A stretch of 51,762 nucleotides of DNA from Chiloscyllium plagiosum (lineage: Eukaryota), in assembly GCF_004010195.1 (NCBI RefSeq), contig NC_057718.1, forward strand, positions 74,444,210-74,495,971. The letters are read 5' to 3'. Below, piece after piece: positions 12,466 through 23,519 of the stretch. Made by a program: the position numbers and the translations under genes. Numbering within the stretch: position 1 is the first letter of the stretch; each line of letters opens with the position of its first letter. The notes under the pieces are model-generated. The model searched no databases. It was not told the origin of the DNA and worked only from the letters and a program-made list of their open reading frames with translations.

Positions 12466-13547
12466 GGATTAGTTTATTTAGAATAGCATCATGGTTGGTG
12501 CAGACATGGTGGGCTGAAGGGCCTATTCCTGTGCTGTACTGTTCTATGTCCTATTTGATAAAACCCTCTAACAAGATGTTTAATTGCAGGGGTAGCAATA
12601 AGCTACAACTATAGTTTGTCAGTCTAACTACTAAGACCTTTGGGAGTTAGTACAGATATATCTGCTCCCTCTGAAAGTGAGAGCAGAACCCATCCACAGA
12701 CTGTATAAGACATCAGTAGAATGGGTGGAACTAATGTAACATGAATATTAATCCCCTCAGAACCATTATCTGATACAATAGATGGGTGTGGCACTGATAT
12801 AAAGAGGGTGAGCGTTAATGATAATTGGAATAAGAGAAGGTACCTTGACAGAGATTGATAGATGCACCTACAAAGTATATTGGTTTCAGCAGTGATGTAC
12901 AAGAGAAAGCTGACGAAGGAAAAGTGAGTCATTTTTCTTTCTCTGATCAGTTCATTGAACCTGTTGGAGCTCTGTACCCTGGAGGGTGGCAATTTCTAAC
13001 TGATGCCACTTTCTCACTGGGTGACTGGTGAAGAACTCCAGATTTCCATCAGGCATTACTCCTGAACAACCTAGCTCTAAATTTATTGTATGCCTTCTTG
13101 ATTATCTTAAACTCCTAAAATTAAGTCGCCTTTAAAATGTTCTAAAATTCAAATAAATGTATCGTCTATATACCCAGTCTTCATACCTTACATTCTTACA
13201 TATTAGTCTGATGAATAGATGCTGCATTCACTCCAAGACCTGTGTATCCTTTTTGGGATGTAGTGCCCAAAATGGAGTATATCGAGAACTTTATGTAATT
13301 GTAACTCTATTGGAAATTCTATTCTAATCTAATGTCGGTGCTCTAAACCTTGAAAACCCCTAACTGGGAGGTGGGCTCGCAGCATGTTAATTATGGCTAA
13401 CACAGTCTGATGCAGATAGCTGGCCTCCAGGACTAGTGCATACACTAAAGCTATACAGATATTTTTGAACCTTTACTCCAATCTACTAACTTTATCTTGG
13501 GTAAAAGTGAGGACAATTTGGCTCACTTGATTGCACTTTGAGACAAT

Positions 13548-13871
13548 ATCATAAAATCCCTACAATGTGGAAACAAGTCCACACAGACCCTCTGAACAGT
13601 AACCCACCCAGACCCATTCCCTGTACCCTATATTTACTTCCGGCTAATGCACCTAACCTTCACATCCCTGAACACTAAGGGCAATTTAACATGGCTAATT
13701 CACCTAACCTGTACATCTTTGGACTGAGAGAGGAAACTGGAGCATCTAGAGGAAACCCACGCAGACACAATGAGAATGTGCAAACTCCACACTGTCACCC
13801 GAGGCTGGAATCAAACTCAGATTCCTGGTGCTGTGAGGCAGCAGTACTAAACAATGAGCCACTGTGCCATC
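13548..13871 (-). mobile_element. HE1-type V-SINE (older copy)
   Basis: Collinear with 17401-17716 in reverse complement. Confidence 0.88.
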
Positions 13872-14399
13872 AGATAACACCAGTTAAACATCACAGTCCT
13901 ACAGCAGCTTGATAGGCGATACAGCCATTAGAGGTTAGGACCACTTAACTTGGTCTAATGCACTTGCCAATGATCATTAATCATTCATTGTGCTGAATTA
14001 TGAGACATCCACTGCATCTGTTACTGAGTTTATAATTACTTGGTGATAATTGATAGCTCACTGCATGGAGTCAGTGGATAAAGATGCTGACAGATTTACC
14101 ATTACTACAAACATGAAATCCAGGCAATAGATTTTATTTGGCAATTATCTTTTTCCATATGGTTCATAATTACCATGGAGGATATAAACAGGATATTTAG
14201 CTCAATCAGCTATCGTTGCATCTATGCTCCCGTCATTCAGCAACTAACTAGAACAGTGTATCTTTTTGCCCCTCATTTTCCCTCAAAATTATCCAGCTTC
14301 CCTTTAAAAACATATATGTTAGTTGCCTCACCAACTCCCCATGATACTGAGTCCCCCATCTCACTATTTCCTGGGTAAGCAAGTTTATTCTGAAAGCTG

Positions 14400-14690
14400 T
14401 ATCTGATTTCTTGGTTACTATCTTATATAGGCAGCCTCCAAGTTTATTCTTCCCCACAGGTGGAAATAATGTTTATGTCATTCAAATTTTAAAGCCTTTG
14501 TATGATAACCTCTTAGTTTTCTTTTTCAAATATAAAACAGACCCAGTGTGTATCCTTTCTCATAAGATATATGCCCACAGTTTTCCTATCATCCTTGTAA
14601 ATCTTTATGTACTTCTTCCAGTGAATCTATATCTTTTTTATAATCTTGTTTTTAATAAAGAAATCTCAGGAGGTGTGCACCAATAATGTT
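14400..14690 (-). mobile_element. Highly decayed CR1 fragment
   Basis: ATCCTTGTAAATCT and flanking motifs shared with other minus-strand CR1 copies. Confidence 0.5.
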
Positions 14691-15006
14691 TCATCACTAT
14701 GACTAGATTTTTGTCACATTCACACCTCCACTTTCCTTGAATATCCTGCTTCTCTACCATCTAGCAATTTTACCAATGAAATATCAACACTGCTTGTATC
14801 CAACACCATTGTGTACTGAGTTACCTCTATTCCTTGGTGATTTCAATTTTAACTTATTATGTTCTCTCACCATTGAGTTATTCAGTTACTGTCCCCTCAT
14901 TTCTCCCTCCATATAAAAACGTCTTAGTTACTTTCATAGCCACGCTCTCGATCTTGCCATCTCTCACGGCTTTACTAATTTCTTCATGCCAATCTCATGG
15001 TAAGGC

Positions 15007-15235
15007 CAGAAAGTGTTGGAGAAACTCAGCAGTCGAGCAGCAGCTGTGGAGAGTGAAAGGTGTACTGCTTTGAATCTCATGACACCTCTTCAAAACTTCC
15101 AGATTCCAAAGAAGAGTCATGGGACTCAAAATGTTAATACTGTTTCTCCTCCACCGATGCTGTCAGACCTGTTGAGTTTCTCGAGCAGTTTATTTTTAAC
15201 TCAGATTTCTATCACCCACAGTATTTTGCTTTTAT
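15007..15235. mobile_element. Decayed inverted PLE-pLTR-derived element
   Basis: Inverted AAACTCAGCAG / CTGTTGAGTTT arms; decayed core AAGAAGAGTCATGGGACTCAAAA; possible 12-bp TSD at 14995-15006 and 15236-15247. Confidence 0.65.
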
Positions 15236-16149
15236 TCATGCTGAGGCTTTCTTTGATCCCGTCCCTACACCTGTTTCCATTGACTTTCCCTCCTCTTCCC
15301 AATCCCACTTTATTCTGTGTCTGCTCCTGATAAAAACTCCCTGAATTCACTCACAACATCAATATCAAAATTCCAGCTGCCTAACCTTTGAGCCTCCATT
15401 CACTAGAATATTTCTTCAGTGACTGATCTGTTCAATTACGCCTCCCACCTCTGCCAGTAATGCCCTCATTCTTTCATCTGCTTTATTCTCCCTGTTATAG
15501 CATACATCTTCACTTCCTTATGTCTAACATATGTTTACTTGAATACTGATGACGACAGCTTGTTTAGACATTCATCACATGACCTTGCTGCACCAAATGA
15601 AGCACAAATGTGTTCTGCTCTGTTCTGGCATGAGTATTATCTCGGGATAACCAGCTGTCTTTGTCCACTACAAACAATCATCTTAAATCCCACTCACCAA
15701 CACTTTATTCCAACAACAATTGAATTCAATTCTATTTGTTTCCTATTCCCCGATACATCCACTGAATTTATTTTCTCTGAGATTAACTTCCTGCTCCCAC
15801 AAGTCTATTTCCGCCAAATTACTGACCACCCAATTTGTATTATTTGCTTAACAATAAACTCTCCTTAGATGAAAGGGCAGATGATAAAGAAACACAAAGG
15901 GAAATATAATTTATCACAATTAACTATTAAAATGAAATGGTGAAAAGTAATTTTTCATATTTGTATTAAGCATTGCTGTGATATGACAGGCTACTTTGAA
16001 AATTATGTGTGGCAAGAAATTTATGAAGATCACATTTTCTGAACGACATTATTACTTTGAGTTAATATTTTAATACAGTCATTCAAAAGCCGCCTAAATT
16101 AATTGAGGAAGATCTGATGTACTTCCAGTGATGGAAGTGTGTTACATCA

Positions 16150-16965
16150 TTAAATAACACCAAAATTGGCAGAGTTGCAGATATGATATCAAAATTGGCA
16201 GCGTAGCAGATAGTGAAGAGGAATGTCAAAGGATACAGTGGGATATAGATAGATTGCTGATTTGGGCAGAGAAATGGGAGATGGAGTTTAATCTGGACAA
16301 ATGTGAGGTGATGCATTTTGGAAGGTCAAATTCAAGTATAAATTATATGATAAATGGTAGAACCCTTAGGAGTATTGACATACAGAGGGTTCTAGGCATA
16401 CAGAGATCCCTGAAAGTGGTAACACAGGTGGATAAGGTTGTAAGAAGGCATATGGCAAGCTTGCCTTCATCAGCCAGGTCATCAAATATAAAAGTTGGCA
16501 AGTTATATTACAGCCATGAAAAACATTAGTTAGGACGTAATTGGAATATTGTGTGTCGTTCTGGTCGCTATACTCCCAGAAGCCTGTGGATGTTTTGGGG
16601 AGGGTGCAGAGAAGGTTTACCAGAAGGTTGCCTGGTCTGGAGGGTTTTAGTTATGACAATAGTTTGGATAAACTCAGATTGTTTTCACTGGAAAAGTGAA
16701 GGCTAAGGGGGGACCTGATGGAGGTCCACAAAATTATGAGAGGCATAGCTAGGATGGATAGTCAGAGGCTTTTTTCCTGGGTGGCAAGGTCAACTACAAG
16801 AAGGTACAGGTTCAAGGTGAGAGGGGAAAAGTTTAGGGTAGAAGTGTGGGAAAAATGTTCACACAGAGGATGGGGTTGCCTGGAACACAGCCAGTGGAGG
16901 TGGTGGAAGAAGGCATGTTAACAGTGTTTAAAACGTATCTTGATAGACATATGATTGGGAGGCAT
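16150..16965 (+). mobile_element. CR1 RT C-terminal fragment
   Basis: WAEKWEMEFNLDKCEVMHFG; FKTYLDRHM. Confidence 0.88.
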
Positions 16966-17108
16966 AAAGAGACAAAAACTGTACACAGTGCTCCAGCTGT
17001 AGTCTTACCAATGCCCCGTACAACCGTAGCAAAACTTCCTTACTTAACTGCAGTCTGTTCTTCTTTAACGCGATGGTTACATTCTTGTACAACCCTGCAT
17101 TACAGAAA

Positions 17109-17322
17109 TGATTTGGAGATGTTGGTGTTGTACTGGGGTGTACAAAGTTAAAAATCACACAACACCAGGTTATAGTCCAACAGGTTTACTTGGAAGCACT
17201 AGCTTTCAGAGCACTGCTCCTTCATCAGGTGACAACCACCTGATGAAGGAGCAGCGCTCCCAAAGCTAGTGCTTCCAATTAAGCCTATTGGACTATAACC
17301 TGGTGTTGTGTGATTTTTAACT
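17109..17322. mobile_element. Palindromic element carrying a hammerhead motif on each strand
   Basis: 86-bp inverted arms (17146-17231 and 17237-17322) with a 5-bp spacer. 14-bp TSD (1 mismatch) at 17095-17108 and 17323-17336. Confidence 0.85.
17197..17231 (-). ncRNA. Minimal type I hammerhead ribozyme motif
   Basis: CAC-CTGATGA-A-GGAGC-AGT-GCTCT-GAAA-GC-TA-GTG: helix I CAC/GTG, helix II, palindromic AGCT in helix III. Confidence 0.75.
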
Positions 17323-17400
17323 CTGCATTATAGAAAAACTGTGCTTTAGAAACATCGCTTAAAGTGTTGGCACTGTAATCGCATTAAAGCCAACACTAAT

Positions 17401-17716
17401 GGGCAGCACGGAGCCACAGTGGTTAGCACTGCTGCTTCACAGCGCCAGAGACCCGGGTTCAATTCCCGCCTCAGGCGACTGACTGTGTGGAGTTTGCACA
17501 TTCTCCCCGTGTCTGCGTGGGTTTCCTCCGGGTGCTCCTGTTTCCTCCCACAGTCCAAAGATGTGCAGGTCAGGTGAATTGGCCATGCTAAATTGCCCGT
17601 AGTGTTAGGTAAGGGGTAGATGTAGGAGTATGGGTGGGTTGCGCTTCGGCGGGGCGGTGTGGACTTGTTGGGCCGAAGGGCCTGTTTCCACACTGTAAGT
17701 AATCTAATCTAATCTA
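17401..17716 (+). mobile_element. Full-length HE1-type V-SINE
   Basis: tRNA-like head, B box GGTTCAATTCC at 17456-17466, V domain, CR1-like 3' end GGGCCGAAGGGCCTGTTTCC and (AATCT)n tail. CpGs retained. Confidence 0.93.
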
Positions 17717-17919
17717 AAAAAAAACTTGTTTTAAAAGTTTGCGCTGTAGAAACAGCATTCCTAATTTGTCAATTGCATTATAGCAAAATCATGTTGACAA
17801 AATGCACATTATAACAGAATAATCTGTATCTCATTCCCATTGCAATAAACAGCAATGCTCAGTTTGCATTCCTAGTCATGTGCTGTACCTGCATCCATAC
17901 TTATTAATAAAATTTATTT

Positions 17920-20900
17920 CAAGAACAAAGAACAGTACTGCATAGAACAGGCCCTTTGGCCCACTCAAGTGTGTGCCAACATATGATACCTTTCTAAAAT
18001 AAAAATCATTTGCCTCTACATTGACCATACCCCTCTCTATCCTGCCTATTCATAAATCTGTCAAGATGCTCCTTAAAAATTGTTATTGTAGTTGCCTCCA
18101 CCATCTCCTCTGGCAACACATTCCAGGCACTTACTATTCACTGTGTAAAAGTACCTGCTTCTTTAAACTTGCCCTCTTTTACCTTAAACCTATGTCCCCT
18201 AGTAATTGTCATTTCTTCCCTGGGAATAAGACTCTGGCTATCCTTTCTATCCATGTCTCTCATACTTTTGTAAATTCCTAAACATCCTTTGATAAATCAG
18301 GCAATATCCTGGTGAATTGTTTCTGTACCCTCTCAAAAGACACCACGTGTCATGACCAGAACTGTACACAATATTTCAAATGTGGCTTGACTAAAGTTCC
18401 TCATAGAGGAATCAATGATTCTATGATAAAGTTCCAGTCAGCTGCAACATGACTCGACAATTTTTATACCTTGTGTTGCTATTTTCAGGGAGCTGTGGAC
18501 CTATATGCTTAGATCCCTCTGTACGTCGATGCCACTAAGTGTATGCCATTTACTGTATATTTCCCTTTATTAGCTCTCCCAAAGTGCATCACCTCACATT
18601 TGTCTAGATTAAACTCCATCTACCATTTCTCCTCCCAAGTTTCTCGTGTATATCTTGCTGTATTTTTTTGGTAATCCTCCTCACTATCTGCAGCTTCCCC
18701 CAGTTTTGTTTCATCTACAAACTTACTAATCAGACAGCCTACATTCTTCTCCAAATCATTTATATAGATTAGAAACAACAGGGTCCCTGCACTGACCCTG
18801 CGACCACCACTAATCACAGATCTACTATTTGAAAAACATCCTTCCACAGCTACACTCTGTCATCTATGATTAAACCAGTTCTTTATTCATCTTACCAGAT
18901 CACCATAGATCTCATGTGAGTTCACCTTTCGTATCAGCCTGCTTACGGGACCCTATCAAAATATTTACTAAAGTCCACATAGACAACTTCAACCATCCTG
19001 CCCTCAATCATTTCTGTTACTTCCTCAAAAAACTCAAACAAGTTTGTGAGGCATGACCTCCTGTGCACAGAGACATGCATTTCACTAATAAGTCCATAGT
19101 TTTCCAAATGTGAGTAAATCTTATCCCTAAGAATTTTCTCCTGTAATTTCCCTCCCACTGATATAATCTCACTGGCCTGTAATTTCCTGGATAATCCCTA
19201 TTGTCTTTCTTAAACAAAGGAACAATGTAGCTATTCTCCAGTCATCTGGGATCTCTCCTGTGGCTAAAGATGTCAAAAATTTCATACAAACCCCAGGAAT
19301 TTCCTTATCTGCCTCCAGAACATTCTGGGAAAGACCCCATCAGGTCTTGGTGATTTGTCCAACTTAATCCTTTACAAAACATCCTTCACAACTCCTTTCT
19401 TATATTATTGACATGCCTATCAATGCACCTTCCAGAGACTCACCAATCACCATGTTGTTCTCCTTGTGAATACTGATACAAGGTATCTGTTAAGGGCCTC
19501 CACAAATCTCTTCTGTCTCCATGCATAAATTCTAAGTTCTGTCCTTGAGTGAACCTATCCTTGTTGCTCCTTATATATACATAAAACGCCTTGGGATTTT
19601 CCTTAATCATGTTTGCCAAAAACATTTCATGGTCCTTTTCAGCTCTCCTCATTCCTTGTTTGAGTTGTTTCCTACTCTCTTCGTATTCTTCGAGTGTCCT
19701 GTCCATCTTCAGTTTCTTAAACCTTATTTGTGCCTCTTTTTTCTTTTTGACTAAACACAATTTCTCATGTCATCCAAGGTTCCCAAATCTTGCCAACCTT
19801 AGCTTTCATTTTCAAAGGAATATGCTGGTCCTAAACTAGCCTTTAAAAGATTCCACATGTCAGATGTGGATTTACCACCAAACAGCTAACTCAACGTGTA
19901 TTCCCCCTGCCTAATAATGGTTTTTAGTCCTTCCCCAATTTAATATGTTCACTCAAGTCTACACTTGTCCTTATCCATAAATAACTTAAAACTTACAGAA
20001 TTATTGTCACTGTTCCTGAAATGCTCCTCCACTGAAATTTCAATCACCTAGGAGGCTCACTCCCCAACACCAGGTCTAGTATGGCTCCTTCCTAGTTGGA
20101 CTATTTACGTATTGTTCAAAAAACCATCCTGGACATATCTAACAAATTCTCACTGGCACTAACCAAATCCAAGTTAATATAGGGAAATCACCCACCACAA
20201 CAATCATGTTTTTTTACACACTTTCTATAATCTTCCACATATCTGTTCCCCTATCACCTGCTGGTTGTTGGGAGGTCTGCAGCACAACTCCAAATTGATT
20301 GGACCCTTCCTATTCCTGAGCTTTTCCCATATAGCCTCACTGCATTAGCTCTCCAAGTTGCCCTCCCTCAGTACAGTTGTGATATTCTCCCTTATCAGTA
20401 ATACAACTGTCTCACCTCTTTTACATCCTTCTCTATCTTGCCTGAAACATCGAAATCCGGGAATGTTGAGCTCCAGTTTTTGTCCCTCTCTCAACCAAGT
20501 CTCTGTAAGAACTATAATATCTAGTTATGTGTATTAATTAAGCTCTAGATTTATCTGCCTTACCTGTTTCACTCTTCACACTAAAACAAATACACCTCTT
20601 ACTGTCAGTCCTGCCATGTTCAATAACCTCTCCCTGTCTGTTCTTCCTCTTAGTCTTACTGGCCTTGGTCTCTGATTACTCCTCGGTAGTTTTACATGCT
20701 AACCTGCTGCTCAGATTCCTACCCTCATGCCACACTAGTTTAAATTTTTATGAATAGTATTAGGAAACCTCCCTGCCTCGATATTTGTGTCACTCCAGTT
20801 TAGATCCTTCTTGTGAACAGACCCATCTGCCCTAAAAGACATCCCAATGATCCACATTCCTGAAGCTCTCCCTCCTACACCAGTTCTGTAGCCAAATATT

Positions 20901-21105
20901 TAACTGTACTATCTTCCTACTCCTAGCCTCATTAGCGCGTGGCATGAGAAGTAATCCCAAGCTCACAACCCTAGTTATATTAGTTCCTATTATATAAACT
21001 TCCTACCTAACTCCCTGAACTCCCTTTGCAGAACCTCATCTCTCTTTCTGCATATGTTGTTAGTAATAATAAGGACCACAACCTCTGGCTGTTCACCCTC
21101 CTCCT
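17920..21105 (-). mobile_element. Near full-length decayed CR1 (ORF1 esterase C-terminus, EN, RT, tail)
   Basis: ORF1 VVVLIITNNI (~21050-21080); EN TETWLREGQ/IPGFRCFRQDR (~20430-20510); RT SCLTNLFEFFEEV, ISKFVDETKL; tail at 17920. Confidence 0.88.
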
Positions 21106-21239
21106 TCAGTTCAAATGTATATGTGTTGTGCATTTTCAAATACAGAGTCTTTAGTTCTGTCTTTTTACTATGTTTTTCAAACTCTGGCTTATTTGTTGGA
21201 GCAATATTTGTACCTTAAAAGCATGATGAGGAAGTAACA

Positions 21240-21259
21240 GGTGTGTGTGTGTGTGTGTG
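21240..21259. repeat. (GT)n microsatellite
   Basis: About 9 GT units. Confidence 0.9.
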
Positions 21260-21873
21260 AAATATTATGAGCAATTCAAAAATAAAATGGATTTAAGACC
21301 ATAAAGGATACAATAAATTTCACTGAATGTGTTCACGCACTGTTAGATTTCAGTCTGTATAGTTCCCATTATATAAAAGGCCCATATTAGAAATAGGATA
21401 AATGGCACTAATCAATTACCATCAATATCAATTACGAATTCAGCACTTAGCATATCTACAGAAAGTCTTGAGCAGGTTTAAGTGCTCAATAAATAATTTG
21501 CGGCTCGATTGTATTTCCTTACCTTTAAATTCAAACATCACGCATAAAATCCATCTGATTCAAGCATTGTTGTTTACAAATTACTATCTGCCCTTCCAAC
21601 CATCCATCTTTCAACAAGTATCATTTTACTAATCACCTCGCTCCATGTCTATCATTCTCTTCTCCCCACCAGGATTATTATTGATCACTTATATCCTGTG
21701 TTGCATATAACTGGTGGATTTTCCTGCCCCACAACAGATGTTAACATATGGACCGTGATAGGAAGATTGGGTATATGTTTGGGAAGAGAGGTTGTTGGGG
21801 GTGGAGAAAGAGGAAAAAAATAGAATATTAAATATGTGCAAATTAGGTTTACAGTAGACCTTAGAAAACAAAC

Positions 21874-22003
21874 ATTCCTGAAGAAGGGCTTATGCCTGAA
21901 ACGTCGATCCTCCTGTTCCCTGGATGCTGCCTGACCTGCTGCGCTTTTCCAGCAACACATTTCCATCTCTGATCTCCAGCATCTGCAGACCTCACTTTCT
22001 CCT
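21874..22003 (+). mobile_element. Solo PLE pLTR fragment beginning at a hammerhead motif
   Basis: ATTC-CTGAAGA-A-GGGC-TTAT-GCCT-GAAA-CG-TC at 21874-21905, followed by the pLTR tail. Confidence 0.8.
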
Positions 22004-23519
22004 CTAAGTTTTCAAACAGCCTTCTGAAGGTGTGGCCAAAGTTCTTACAGTGCCCTAGGGCGTCTGTTGTGTTTTTGTTAATTTCACGAGGTATTTTGAG
22101 ATATTTATGGAACATTCCACATTTTAGATTACAAAGCTCTATGGTTGTGCCATTAGGAGTTTAATTAATTTTCTCTATTTCACAACCATCAATCATCAGA
22201 GATGAAAACACTATATAACTTCGTTTTTACTGTAGACACTGCTCAAATACATGCTTAGAATCACAGAATTTTACAGTACAGAAGGAGGCTAGTCAACCCA
22301 GCGTGTCTGTACTGACTCCTGAAAGAGCTACCCAGCTGGTCCCTCTCTCTAGCCCTATCTTTGTAGCCCTCTACTGTTATCACTTTCAAATATATATCAA
22401 GTTCTCTTTTCAAACATCAAGTAATCTGACCAAATCAAACCCCTTCAAAATATATCAAGAAGAAACCATGATCCTAACTTTTACTTTATTTATACCTGTG
22501 CCAATTTTAGAGGGTTAAGCCAATAAGGCTTAATTGGAACAGCTTTTCCAAATCTACATCATGCGTAATTAGTTTAGTATTTCCCAACATATTCCCACAT
22601 ATCTCTCCATGTGATTGTAATAACTCCTTAAAGTTATTTTGATTTTCTTCTGGAAGATAACTGAATGATTTATCCCAATCTTTCAGAACCTCTTCGTTGT
22701 CTAATTTAATTTGAGGAATATAAAATTCAAAACCTTCTGGATTTGGTTCTTTACTCTAAGTTGTATCAAGTAATACATTCACTTACCTTCCCAACCAAAA
22801 CACCATTTGAGCATATTCACATGACACATTCTGTGAGGTTTCTTATCAAATAATTCACCTCACTCAATTTTCTTTTGATTTGTTAAGGCCTACTAAACCT
22901 TGCTTTTCAAGGTTCACCTACCACTAGTTGTAATATGAATACATTATTTCCATTAGCAAAACTATAAACTTTTGATCACTTTTCTACTGCCTGTATTGCC
23001 ACATATGGTGCTTTAAACACTCTCTATCCAATCAGCCACTCTGTTTAATCTCACCCTAACATTTGACACATTCTCCAATAATGTAGTCTCTGAATCTGGC
23101 TCACCATTCTTTCCTTAATTAATTAAAGTGATTTTCTCATATTGAATCCAAAAACTAATTCAAATGCACTGAACGTAATTGATTCATTAGGTGCACCCCA
23201 ATTGCAAAAAGTACAAATAGAATTCCTTTATCCCAATCTTCTCAACTATCAGCCCTTAATACGGTCTTTGCAATTGCTAATGCTCCTTGCAATTCTGGGT
23301 GGTACACAGTTCATTTAAATTGTTTTACTCCTAAGATATCAAATTTCCTTGAATAACTTTGATGTCAAATTTATTTGATTGTATCTCTGTGAGCAGTCTG
23401 CATTTAATAAAAGTTTTGAATAACTCTTCTAAAATCCTTTTAGCCATGATATTGCATCATAAAATGGCTTCTGGAAATCTAAGAGACACATCCATTATGG
23501 TCAACAACTACTGAATGAC

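Larger units (their letters stand above)
10090..12554 (+). mobile_element. CR1 LINE ORF2 remnant with two SINE insertions
   Basis: EPWMTRDI, LNECFASVFTKE-like, FTKAFDKVLH, WQMQFNLDKCEVIHFG; tail GTTCTATG. Confidence 0.9.

Noticed and set aside
12624..12992. 122-aa ORF and similar short ORFs at 14175-15868 and 33767-34295
   Set aside because: No recognisable domains; length and composition fit chance ORFs.
17401..17475. tRNA gene
   Set aside because: The tRNA-like head continues into a V domain and LINE-like tail, so it is a SINE.
21490..21560. Minus-strand splice donor AG|GTAAGG at ~21517-21524
   Set aside because: No convincing acceptor or recognisable reading frame. It could be non-coding conserved DNA, but this cannot be tested here.
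22020..22090. Possible host exon (AG...GT, LLKVWPKFLQCPRASVVFLLISR)
   Set aside because: No recognisable protein, weak donor site and no supporting neighbouring exons.
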